Source: Candidatus Poribacteria bacterium
Lineage (GTDB): Bacteria > Poribacteria > WGA-4E > PCPOR2b
Direction of reading: 5' to 3'
NCBI GenBank assembly: GCA_965116925.1
Contig: OZ220744.1
Location: forward strand, 5,931,757-5,995,756
DNA length: 64,000 bases
Notes under the pieces: generated by a model
What the model was told of the DNA's origin: nothing
Databases searched by the model: none
What the model saw: the letters and a program-made list of their open reading frames with translations, nothing else
Program-made: the position numbers and the translations under genes
In this document: positions 20,501-29,040 of the stretch, piece after piece
Numbering within the stretch: position 1 is the stretch's first letter
Layout of the letters: the number at the start of each line of letters is the position of its first letter

Positions 20501-21873
20501 AATTGCTTTCAGTCCCCTTTTCATCGGGGCAAGGATTGTAACAGAGTTTAGCGAATAGCGTTATTAACCCCAAAGTGCCTTTCAGTCCCCTTTTCATCGG
20601 GGCAAGGATTGTAACCTATAAATACCGCCCGCAACATTATATCTATCACCACCCTTTCAGTCCCCTTTTCATCGGGGCAAGGATTGTAACATAACTTATT
20701 CGCAGATAATCAACGATAGATCAGGCTTTCAGTCCCCTTTTCATCGGGGCAAGGATTGTAACCAGCGAACAGCAGTAGAAACACATCTAACAGGCGGTCT
20801 TTCAGTCCCCTTTTCATCGGGGCAAGGATTGTAACTACGGAAGCAAAGAAGTATATCGGCTTGGATGAAGCTTTCAGTCCCCTTTTCATCGGGGCAAGGA
20901 TTGTAACTGCTTGGACGTAACTTGGACGGGACGGCGGTGGGATCTTTCAGTCCCCTTTTCATCGGGGCAAGGATTGTAACCTTTTGGACGGCAGATGCGA
21001 CGCTGCCGTACACAAGCTTTCAGTCCCCTTTTCATCGGGGCAAGGATTGTAACCAGCAGGGCGTGTGTTGTATGAGCCATTCGAGTTCTTTCTTTCAGTC
21101 CCCTTTTCATCGGGGCAAGGATTGTAACCACCGTGATTAGTCTGAATCCTCTACCGTATCAAACAGCTTTCAGTCCCCTTTTCATCGGGGCAAGGATTGT
21201 AACTATCAATATCATGGTGTTTTCTCCCGTCTTGGTATCCTTTCAGTCCCCTTTTCATCGGGGCAAGGATTGTAACGTCAAATGTTCCGAACATACGCAT
21301 AGCAGATATTGATCTTTCAGTCCCCTTTTCATCGGGGCAAGGATTGTAACTGAGCCGTCCGTCGGGGGACACTACCTGCCTAAGACTGCTTTCAGTCCCC
21401 TTTTCATCGGGGCAAGGATTGTAACCAACAATTCGACTTTAGAGGTGAACGCTCGGAACAGTCTTTCAGTCCCCTTTTCATCGGGGCAAGGATTGTAACA
21501 TGGGTAGTGGCACGACGGCTGTGGCTGCTAAGGAATTCTTTCAGTCCCCTTTTCATCGGGGCAAGGATTGTAACACATGAACAGACAAGCGCAGCAGCAG
21601 CCACACTCGCATCTTTCAGTCCCCTTTTCATCGGGGCAAGGATTGTAACCGCTCCGATGGATACAGGATACGGGCAGAGGTGGACTTTCAGTCCCCTTTT
21701 CATCGGGGCAAGGATTGTAACACGGGCGGGCTGTGGATTGGGCTAAATGACCTGTGGGCATCTTTCAGTCCCCTTTTCATCGGGGCAAGGATTGTAACAT
21801 AATATGTATTACAAAGGCAAAGCACTAAAACGTAGGCTTTCAGTCCCCTTTTCATCGGGGCAAGGATTGTAAC
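17510..21873 (-). CRISPR. CRISPR array, 60 repeats / 59 spacers, 37-bp repeat CTTTCAGTCCCCTTTTCATCGGGGCAAGGATTGTAAC (+ strand as given; crRNA likely from - strand: GTTACAATCCTTGCCCCGATGAAAAGGGGACTGAAAG)
   Basis: Repeat starts: 17510 (degenerate, 4 mismatches), 17582, 17656, 17728, 17801, 17874, 17947, 18022 ... 21762, 21837. Spacers 34-40 bp. Repeats at 17656-17910 carry a GGGTTGTAAC variant and 18169 carries CAGGGC. Degenerate repeat at the low-coordinate end and AT-rich leader plus cas genes at the high end give a minus-strand orientation. Confidence 0.97.
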
Positions 21874-22274
21874 CGACTATGGGCAGCACTCATAAATCGC
21901 TCCAAAATATAGAAAATATCTATGTTTTTGAAGCATTCTCTGTATCATGGCATGAAACGCCTCTGTGTTCAAGAAAAAAGTGTATATCTTCAGCGTGTCT
22001 TGTGTTCATCAGTATCGGTGGGATTCGGATCGTTATTTTCGCAAATCCCCGTTGTCAGTGTCATGCTATCTGTTTGGCTATGGAGACCAGAGACAGTCAG
22101 TCGCAAATCGATCTTCCTACAGATTTGGGTAGGTACAAGACCTACCCCTACAGTCTTCGTTTTGATTAAGACGGTGTAAACTCTGCTTTGAGTAGGCACA
22201 AAGCCTGACCCTACAGTATCTTCTTTTTCGCAAATTGCCCCGTCTTTTCCGCAGAAACTTGGTTTGCGAAATTC
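21874..22274 (-). promoter_or_regulatory. CRISPR leader (AT-rich, between cas4 stop and first repeat)
   Basis: About 400 bp of AT-rich non-coding sequence abutting the newest-end repeat (21837-21873). Contains two roughly 30-bp imperfect direct repeats (22125-22155, 22180-22212). Confidence 0.7.
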
Positions 22275-22847
22275 TCATAATACATCGGCACAGAATCGAC
22301 GAAATTCACACTCGACGCATTTGCCGCGCTGTGGTGTCGGTGGAGGCATCCACTCCTCTGATAGCATACGCCGTATCTGTTTGATAGCGTCGAGAGTCCT
22401 GCGCCTAAGTGTCTCTGAAATCGGAACTGGTGTGATGCGCCCTGTAGGGATCCGATAGATGAACCCTTGAGACACCGATTGACCGAGACACTCCTCCACC
22501 ATCAGCGCGTAGGCTGTCAACTGATACTTCGCGTTCAGATTCAACCGTTGGGTCGTGTCCTTAAACTCGACTGGAAACGCGCCATCTTCGGTCTCAATAA
22601 GCAGGTCGAGCACACCGCTCAGTCCGAGGGACTCGGCGTATAGTGAGATGTGGAACTGACGGCTACCAGCCTCCAGTCCGTAGCGGGAGAGGGTTCGCCG
22701 TCGCTCTAAGACGCTTAGGATTTCGTGTTGGACCGCGCCGATTTGCATCGGGTGCGTCGTTGGGCGGGTCACGGGGGTGTAGTAGGTGTGGTAGACCACC
22801 CGTGGACAGTAGAAGTATTGTTTGATGTCGCTGACCCGTATGTTCAT
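22275..22847 (-). CDS. cas4: Cas4 (RecB-like nuclease with C-terminal 4-Cys Fe-S cluster)
   Basis: N-terminal YFYCPRVVY. C-terminal CVECEFRRFC. Start overlaps the cas2 stop by 4 bp. Confidence 0.85.
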   Translation of the reverse strand: MNIRVSDIKQYFYCPRVVYHTYYTPVTRPTTHPMQIGAVQHEILSVLERRRTLSRYGLEAGSRQFHISLYAESLGLSGVLDLLIETEDGAFPVEFKDTTQRLNLNAKYQLTAYALMVEECLGQSVSQGFIYRIPTGRITPVPISETLRRRTLDAIKQIRRMLSEEWMPPPTPQRGKCVECEFRRFCADVL

Positions 22848-23095
22848 TTTCCATTCTCCTCAATGACGGTTCGTTTGTCGTAGTCTTTTGCACACACGCT
22901 AAGGATCTCGATCTTCCCTTCCGCTTTGCCGAGTTGTTCGGTCAGTTTCTCCTCCAATGCGCGCCGCCGGGTTGTGTTGATGTCACCGAGGAATGCGCTG
23001 TACTGGATGCGTTTTAAGCCGTAGTCGAGGCAGACATCGGCAATCTTTTTGCGGATGCGGTCTTTCACGATGTCGTAGATGACGTAGGTGTGCAT
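22844..23095 (-). CDS. cas2: Cas2
   Basis: 83 aa. MHTYVIYDIVKDRIRKKIADVCLDYGLKRIQYSAF is typical Cas2 (VapD-like fold, conserved Asp near the N-terminus). Confidence 0.85.
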   Translation of the reverse strand: MHTYVIYDIVKDRIRKKIADVCLDYGLKRIQYSAFLGDINTTRRRALEEKLTEQLGKAEGKIEILSVCAKDYDKRTVIEENGK

Positions 23096-23102
23096 GAATT
23101 AT

Positions 23103-23134
23103 AGAAACCGAGTTTTTTCTTGAAAACTCGGTTT
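23103..23134. repeat. REP-like hairpin family A (3' flank of RAYT gene)
   Basis: GAAACCGAGTTTTTTCTTGAAAACTCGGTTTC between the cas2 start and the transposase stop. Confidence 0.8.
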
Positions 23135-23143
23135 CTCTGTCCC

Positions 23144-23710
23144 CTAATCTAACATCAAGTGCTCTATAAACTCCCTATTGGTCTCAGAATACGCACAGAC
23201 GAATTTAGTATAAGCTTGGCGCGAAGGAAGTTGAGACAGTACGATATCAGGTTTGGATAAAGTTCCGTTACGCAAACCGATGTAGTCCTGATAGCTAGAA
23301 AATGTCCAACTTTCTGGATTACTGGCTATCCCCGCCAATACTGGATTTAGGTGAATATAGCGTGAAAGATGTAGAAGATATTCGTTTTTGTCTACTAACT
23401 TTGCCTTAAAGACACCTTGGAAAACTGGTCCCACGCGGTCTTGTTGCCGATTCACAGCTTTGGTGTAGGATACGGTGAATGGTTGCATAATTTTCGTGCT
23501 CAGGTTGTCATCTTTCAGGTAAGCGAGAATGTGGTAATGATTCGGCATAAGACAATAGGCGACAATTTCAATTAAATCAGGAAGGCAGTAGTGGCGTAAG
23601 CGTTTTATAAAGTATCCCCAGTTTTCCTTATCAAAGAAGATGGGTTGACGGTTTACGCCGCGGTTGTATAAATGGTAATAATGTCCTGCTCTAAATTGAA
23701 CGTCTCGCAT
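23144..23710 (-). CDS. Y1 HUH transposase, IS200-like / REP-associated tyrosine transposase (RAYT)-like
   Basis: HUH motif LMPNHYHIL. C-terminal Tyr motif RYIHLNPV. 188 aa, longer than IS200 TnpA. Flanked on both sides by family A hairpins. Confidence 0.75.
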   Translation of the reverse strand: MRDVQFRAGHYYHLYNRGVNRQPIFFDKENWGYFIKRLRHYCLPDLIEIVAYCLMPNHYHILAYLKDDNLSTKIMQPFTVSYTKAVNRQQDRVGPVFQGVFKAKLVDKNEYLLHLSRYIHLNPVLAGIASNPESWTFSSYQDYIGLRNGTLSKPDIVLSQLPSRQAYTKFVCAYSETNREFIEHLMLD

Positions 23711-23932
23711 CTATGGTGTCTCCCAGAAACCGAGTTTTTTCTTCAAAACTCGGTTTCTATCGGTTTCTAAATGTGTTGTACCTTAAATCGGTAATTTGGT
23801 ATCTATGGTGCGTCCGAGAAACTGCTCGCCTGCAACCTTCCACACACGCTCCCATGAAAATTGGGAGTTTCGTATCTATGACGTGTCCAAGAAACTAAGT
23901 TTTGAAGAAAAAACTGAGTTTCTAAACTTTTT
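23711..23932. repeat. REP cluster upstream of RAYT gene: 3 x roughly 80-bp direct repeats each ending in a family A hairpin
   Basis: TATCTATGGTGYSTCCSAGAAAC repeated at 23709, 23790 and 23866. Hairpins at 23726-23757 and 23891-23922. Confidence 0.7.
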
Positions 23933-25040
23933 ACCATGTGGCGGTGAAGGGGTGATAGTCTCGTTCGCGGCGTAGGTGCATGGCGAGGTGACGCGCTTGG
24001 AGCTGGATGATGTTGCAGAGTTTTTGCGCTTTTCGCTCGAATCGTTCGGTTTCTTGAAGTCTCGCCAGTACGCGATCGGCAAGGGCGCGTCGGGTCGCTT
24101 GGCTGAGGCGGCGTTGTGTTGGGGTTTCGGTCTCCGCATCGGGTTTCGAGGATTGGTGCACGGCTTTGGCGGCGTCGCTGTCGGGGTCTTCCCACTCGAC
24201 TTTGAATCGTTTGTTGATCATCGCGAACACGACCCGATCCACGACGGGTTGGCGGAACTCTTCGATGAAGTCTAGCACCAGTGAGGGTTTGCCGGGGCGA
24301 TCGACGTGCAGGAATCCGGCAAACGGTTCTAGCCCTGCCAGTGTGAGCGCGCTCCAGACTTGTGAGTAGAGTATGCCGTAGCCGTAGTTGAGCAGTGCGT
24401 TCACGTCGTCGGTTGCGCCTTGATGGTTGCGAGTGGTGAAGCGTCCGGCGGGCAGCAGGCGTTGGACGCATTCCCAGTAGAGGGCACCGGCGCGTCCTTC
24501 AAGGTTCAGTAGTGTGCTACGTGCATTGTCGATTGGCGGTTCGCTGACTGCAGCAACGGTTGGGGATTGAACGTCCTGGATTTCGTCAATCAGTCCTTCG
24601 ATCTTTGTGAGTCGTTCCATCAGTTCGGCGTATTTTTTGGGTGCCTGTTTTTTGCGGTATTTGCCGAAGTAGCGAACGAGGTTGATCTGGTTCTTCAGCT
24701 TGCCAGTAGCAAACTGTTTGGCGATCTCTAGGCCGCGCTCGTCGTGGTAGGCGGCGAGTTGTTCGCGCCTTGAGATCACGGTCGCTGTCAGGGACGGGCT
24801 GTTGAGTTTCGCATACGGTTTGCCGTTGAAGCTGAGGAATGCGATTTCGATGCCGCGCTCGGTACAGGCTTCAATGAGATCTGAGGACATGCTGACGCCA
24901 CGTGAGGTGATGACGATTTGATCGAGGTCCATCAGGGGGTGTTCCTCTTTTTCGCGGTCTTTGTCTCGGTATCGGACGCTGACGCGCTCGGAGCGTTTGC
25001 CGAGGTATGTGCCGTAGTCGGAGATGATGAGTTGTTCCAT
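23931..25040 (-). CDS. cas1: Cas1 integrase
   Basis: MEQLIISDYGTYLGKRSERVSV is a typical Cas1 N-terminus. Conserved acidic and His residues present. SD-like AAGGAAA upstream of the 25040 ATG. The ORF opens at 25094. Confidence 0.85.
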   Translation of the reverse strand: MEQLIISDYGTYLGKRSERVSVRYRDKDREKEEHPLMDLDQIVITSRGVSMSSDLIEACTERGIEIAFLSFNGKPYAKLNSPSLTATVISRREQLAAYHDERGLEIAKQFATGKLKNQINLVRYFGKYRKKQAPKKYAELMERLTKIEGLIDEIQDVQSPTVAAVSEPPIDNARSTLLNLEGRAGALYWECVQRLLPAGRFTTRNHQGATDDVNALLNYGYGILYSQVWSALTLAGLEPFAGFLHVDRPGKPSLVLDFIEEFRQPVVDRVVFAMINKRFKVEWEDPDSDAAKAVHQSSKPDAETETPTQRRLSQATRRALADRVLARLQETERFERKAQKLCNIIQLQARHLAMHLRRERDYHPFTATW

Positions 25041-25343
25041 TTTTCTGTTTCCTTTCGATCCGCTGCTTGCGTCGGTCTTGAATTTCGGGTACACTTTAAT
25101 AACCTAATAGGACTTACGCAGTTGATATAAATATCGCCGCTGCCTTCGTGGCGCGGTGCCTGCTCTTGAAGAAATTGGGGGTTCCCAGTCTGCAATAGTG
25201 GGTACAGGTTGCCTAACCTGTACGGGGTGTGCGATGTTTGCCAGCGAAGTGCGTAACTCCTACCTAAGTTGCTATTCGTTGAAAGTCCACCGTTTTTTAT
25301 CAGGGCAGAACCTCCCCGACCATCTGGTAGGTCCTTTGTCTTT

Positions 25344-25409
25344 CGCTCCAGAGGAGCGATATGTCTATAGAACCACAATAGGGTGGATACCCGCGCTCCA
25401 GAGGAGCGC
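25344..25409. repeat. palindromic repeat family D (CGCTCCAGAGGAGCG x2)
   Basis: Two tandem units (25344-25358, 25393-25409). Inverted copy at 55743-55807. Confidence 0.65.
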
Positions 25410-25565
25410 AATGTGTATAGCCAGGGCCAAGCTGCCGATAAATTGAAGTCCTAAGAACGGATTGGCGAAGTCGGAGCCGAGCGGGTTTTATAACTAGCAA
25501 CTTGCGTTTTAACAAGGAACGCAGATCTGCGTTCCCTACCCCCGGTTGTAAGCGATTATGGGAGA

Positions 25566-25865
25566 TTGACTCAGGTGGTTCTTATGTGCCAACGTTGCAA
25601 TACCTACAAATATCTTGAGCCCCGCCCAAAGAACTGGCGAAACCAGCTCTGGATTAAGGGCAGAAATATGACGGTTTGGCATCTGATCGCTGCGATGCGT
25701 ACTGAACATGAGACGCTTGAACAAACCGCTGAAAACTTTGGTTTGCCGCTGGAGGCTGTCGTCGAAGCGATGCACTACTATGCACTTCACAAGGATATTG
25801 TCGAAGCGGATGTTGAAGCGGAGAAGCAGATCCTCGTTGAAGAATTCAGAGTTGCCTATTGTTAG
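25566..25865 (+). CDS. DUF433-like small protein (HTH-like fold, often TA-associated), antisense to the cas operon
   Basis: NQLWIKGRNMTVWHLIAAMRTEHETLEQTAENFGLPLEAVVEAMHYY fits the DUF433 consensus (K/R-G-T/N-R-I/M-xV...G...E..A..Y). Real start may be the internal M at 25584. Confidence 0.5.
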   Translation: MTQVVLMCQRCNTYKYLEPRPKNWRNQLWIKGRNMTVWHLIAAMRTEHETLEQTAENFGLPLEAVVEAMHYYALHKDIVEADVEAEKQILVEEFRVAYC

Positions 25866-25908
25866 CGAAAATTAACTCCTTAGCCAGTCCCTTTAACAAT
25901 GGTGGATA

Positions 25909-28266
25909 TTAATCAAATGTCAATCCCACCTCCGAGTTATATTTGGCGGTAACGCGATAAGGTTCTCGTCCATTTCTCAGAATTTGGTCACTGTTTTTGA
26001 GTGCGTGAAACCTTCCCCAACTGATTGGGACTAACAGTTCTCCGGCGCGAATTGGTTCTTCCTCGTTCAGAGTTTTGTATTCATTATAGAGAGAAGCCGG
26101 TAGGACCTCAAGTCCATCAAACGCCCTGTAAAATGCTTCCTCAAGTCCCTCGTCTGCTGCAAAAGGACGCATTGGTCGTATGCACATTCTATCAAAGTTT
26201 GCGGCGGCGTTTTCGTATTTCTCCCGCCAACGAACTTCAACTTCGCCACTGTAGATTTCATCCAACCAAGCACCGATACTGCCCTCATCAATTGGCTGTT
26301 CATGTTCGCGTTCAAGAATAGAAAGGGTGCGTTGTACCAGTTCGGGATCATAAATCTTTTGTCCATCGTCAGGTTGACGAAAGACATGAACAGGCGCGAG
26401 ACCTTTCTGTAGTCTACGACGGTTGATACGACCAAAACGTTGTACTAGTGCCTCCAGCGGTGCCGGCTCTGTGTAGATTGTATCCAAATCAATATCAAGA
26501 CTGACCTCAACCGCCTGTGTTGCAACGAGGACAATAGGTTGACGTTTCTCGCTCGTTGCTCCCGTTGCATCCCGAATCAGTTTTTCTTTCGCAGAACGGT
26601 CACGCATATTGAAACGACCGTGTAAAAGTTCCGTTCGGATATTCACCTGATTCAGTTGGTCACTAATTTGGTTATATGCTTCTTGTGTGCGATCAACGAG
26701 ATTGCACACAACCAACACCGATTTTCCCGCCTCTGCGTCGTTGACCACATTTGACAACCCGGAATCAGTCAATAATTCGCCGTCGTGCAGCATCAGTCGA
26801 TGACGGATAAATTCTTGGAACAACGCTGAATCAGCTTCAATTTTAGCTGGGGTGTCTAAGGCTTCAGATAACCAACCTTGAATCAGCGTTGGGAAGGTTG
26901 CTGACATGATGAAGAAACGGGCGTTGAAATTCACTCTCAGGTACTCGATGGTTTTGAGGATCATCGCCAATCGCGTGACTTCGTAGGCGTGAATCTCGTC
27001 AAATATAAACGCCGCATTATGATAATCGGTGAGCAACGCCTCGTAACCTTTGAGGCGATACATCCCTTTAAGCATTTGATACGGACTAAATACACGGACC
27101 GGCGGATAATTAAGCCGTGATAGATTCCGCGCCCATGTTGCGGTACGAGCTGCTGCTCTTGGATGATAATCTCTTTCTAAGAGAGCCCGATAAAGTGCTA
27201 GCAGACCACGGCCATGTTGCAAACCAACGTGTGGGAAGATTTCTTCTAGGCGACCTTGCATTGCATTCATACTGGCTTGATAGGGGAGTGTATAAAAGAG
27301 TCGAGGCAATCCACCGACACTTGATGACTGGCGTGCTGCCCACAGTAGAGCGGCTTCTGTTTTCCCACTACCGGTTGGTGCTACTAAGAGTGCTGAACCA
27401 TCAACTGTTTCGGCTAGTGATTGGTGTCCAAAGAGACTTTCCGTCGATAGGTTACGGCTTGTTAAAATCGTATCTGCGTCAAACTCGGCAACCGGTATCG
27501 GTCCAGCGTGAGCGGAGGCACTGTGGTCTGCATTGATGATATAGCCGCGAACAGTGATTCCTAGCACGATTGCATCAAGTGTGCCTCTCCTCTCTAAATT
27601 TCGGTTGAGTGTCCGGTAAACCTTCAGCCAGTGCCGGGTTCGTTCAACGCCGTATTGTTGGACAGCTTCAATCGCGATATGCTTCTCTTGCAGCTGAGGC
27701 GTTGAGATGCCAAAATTTGCTAACCCAAGTTCATCCCGCCACGCGATACCACATTCTGACAACCAACGCCACAATCCGCCCAAGGTTTTCTCTGAGAGGG
27801 AGGCAAGTTGAGGTCTCAAAGGGTCATCGTCCTCCCAATCAGGGATAGGGTAAATTCGCTGAATTTCCTCGAAATCTCGATGGTGTGAGACAATGCTGGC
27901 AACAAGCCATCGCTGCTCTTCCGTTGACAGATCATCAATCACCCAATCCACAAACGCAAGCGAAAACACTTCGTGACGGTGCCCCCATCCTCCCCCATTA
28001 CAACGGAGTTGCATTTGAAAGCCTGCTATTGCCTTGCCAAAATCGTGAAGGAATGCTGACCAGAAAAGGATGTGCCATAAACGTGGTACGTTGAGTTGCG
28101 TTGGAAGATTGGGGCGTAATTGGATGAATTCTGCCAATCGTGATAACACATACCATGTGTGCTGGGCTAATGTTTCCGGTTGACCGCCTTCACCCAATTC
28201 CGCACTTTTTGCCCACACATTGTTTAACCAATCGGGATATGGGACGTTTTCAATTGAAGGTTGCAT
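25909..28266 (-). CDS. cas3: Cas3 (N-terminal HD nuclease + DExH helicase)
   Basis: HD motif (FLHDFGKA). Walker A LLVAPTGSGKTEAALLWA. DExH box FIFDEIHAYE. Helicase C-terminal region. GGGAGA SD before the ATG at 28266. The ORF opens at 28359. Confidence 0.9.
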   Translation of the reverse strand: MQPSIENVPYPDWLNNVWAKSAELGEGGQPETLAQHTWYVLSRLAEFIQLRPNLPTQLNVPRLWHILFWSAFLHDFGKAIAGFQMQLRCNGGGWGHRHEVFSLAFVDWVIDDLSTEEQRWLVASIVSHHRDFEEIQRIYPIPDWEDDDPLRPQLASLSEKTLGGLWRWLSECGIAWRDELGLANFGISTPQLQEKHIAIEAVQQYGVERTRHWLKVYRTLNRNLERRGTLDAIVLGITVRGYIINADHSASAHAGPIPVAEFDADTILTSRNLSTESLFGHQSLAETVDGSALLVAPTGSGKTEAALLWAARQSSSVGGLPRLFYTLPYQASMNAMQGRLEEIFPHVGLQHGRGLLALYRALLERDYHPRAAARTATWARNLSRLNYPPVRVFSPYQMLKGMYRLKGYEALLTDYHNAAFIFDEIHAYEVTRLAMILKTIEYLRVNFNARFFIMSATFPTLIQGWLSEALDTPAKIEADSALFQEFIRHRLMLHDGELLTDSGLSNVVNDAEAGKSVLVVCNLVDRTQEAYNQISDQLNQVNIRTELLHGRFNMRDRSAKEKLIRDATGATSEKRQPIVLVATQAVEVSLDIDLDTIYTEPAPLEALVQRFGRINRRRLQKGLAPVHVFRQPDDGQKIYDPELVQRTLSILEREHEQPIDEGSIGAWLDEIYSGEVEVRWREKYENAAANFDRMCIRPMRPFAADEGLEEAFYRAFDGLEVLPASLYNEYKTLNEEEPIRAGELLVPISWGRFHALKNSDQILRNGREPYRVTAKYNSEVGLTFD

Positions 28267-28975
28267 CGTTATCTCCCACAAAGCTATGGAAAACCAAACC
28301 GAGATAGTTGCCTTGATATTCAGGCGTTGAAAGGTCAATCCAATATTTGCCCTTCCCATTTGAAAGGGAAACTCGATCGGTGAGTACCGTGTACTGTGAA
28401 AATGTTGGACGTCGGTTTTGACTGTAATCCAAATAGCGAGGCATTAGAACCGATACACCGCGCCCAATTCGGGGCCCCATCTCATGCGGCATAATCGTAT
28501 GTTCAAAGTAGGCAGCCTCGTTCTGCTGCAATTCAATAACGTTGACTGCTGTGTAGGTGAACAGGTCCTGCGATCTGCCCAACGAAACCGCATAGCGCGG
28601 ACTTCGGAATGCTGACTCCCATTCCGGACGGTTGATGTAGAGCGTGAGACGCGGCTGAAAGATTAACTCCCGTTCAAAGGGATTCACCCTGCCCTCAAGT
28701 GCGTTAGGAATTTGAGTGCCCGGCAACTTGCTACGGCTAGAACTGGATGGCGTCAATACAATGATGTGTTCAATATCCCGAACGTGCCCTTGATGGGTGA
28801 AATGGTAAGCGAATTGAACCCCACTTGGATCGAACCATTCCCCCAACGCACTACAGATATGCCCGTAAATGGTTGCCGGGGGCGGCATCTGAAAGCTGGG
28901 GTGAATCTGTTGCATAAAGTGAGGATAGCGGAAAGAAGTGGTAAGTCCTTCCGCAACGACTTTGAGGACTTTCAT
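28250..28975 (-). CDS. cas5: Cas5
   Basis: MKVLKVVAEGLTTSFRYPHF...PPPATIYGHICSALG is the Cas5 N-terminal pattern. GGGAGG lies 5 nt before the ATG at 28975. The ORF opens at 29053 but that extension runs through a REP hairpin. Confidence 0.8.
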   Translation of the reverse strand: MKVLKVVAEGLTTSFRYPHFMQQIHPSFQMPPPATIYGHICSALGEWFDPSGVQFAYHFTHQGHVRDIEHIIVLTPSSSSRSKLPGTQIPNALEGRVNPFERELIFQPRLTLYINRPEWESAFRSPRYAVSLGRSQDLFTYTAVNVIELQQNEAAYFEHTIMPHEMGPRIGRGVSVLMPRYLDYSQNRRPTFSQYTVLTDRVSLSNGKGKYWIDLSTPEYQGNYLGLVFHSFVGDNDATFN

Positions 28976-28999
28976 AGAGACCTCCCAATTTAAGGATGA

Positions 29000-29030
29000 G
29001 AAACCGAGCTTTTCCAAAAAACTCGGTTTC
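29000..29030. repeat. REP-like hairpin family A in the 65-bp cas7-cas5 intergenic spacer
   Basis: GAGAAACCGAGCTTTTCCAAAAAACTCGGTTTC. Confidence 0.8.
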
Positions 29031-29040
29031 TTCTCCGTTA

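Noticed and set aside
17499-21761. About 40 short ORFs on both strands with recurring peptides (FQSPFHRGKDCN, FSPLFIGARIVT, YNPCPDEKGTE, TILAPMKRGLK)
   Set aside because: They are translations of the 37-bp CRISPR repeat in different frames and not genes.
21879-22199. ORFs 21879..22169(+), 21922..22179(+), 21990..22199(-) in the leader
   Set aside because: They sit in the AT-rich leader, overlap one another, and have no SD. The region functions as the leader and promoter.
23144-23710. Calling the HUH protein a plain IS200 TnpA
   Set aside because: At 188 aa it is longer than IS200 TnpA (about 140 aa). It is flanked by symmetric copies of a genome-dispersed REP and not by IS200-type asymmetric ends. 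RAYT-like fits better, but the distinction needs phylogeny.
23803-24471. 222-aa Arg/Pro-rich ORF on the minus strand
   Set aside because: It lies entirely within cas1 in another frame and has low-complexity composition. It is a shadow ORF.
25156-25446. 96-aa ORF sharing PEERYVYRTxI...ALQRSAMCI with ORF 55710..55901
   Set aside because: The shared peptide is encoded by the family D palindromic repeat. These are repeat-derived and not a conserved protein.
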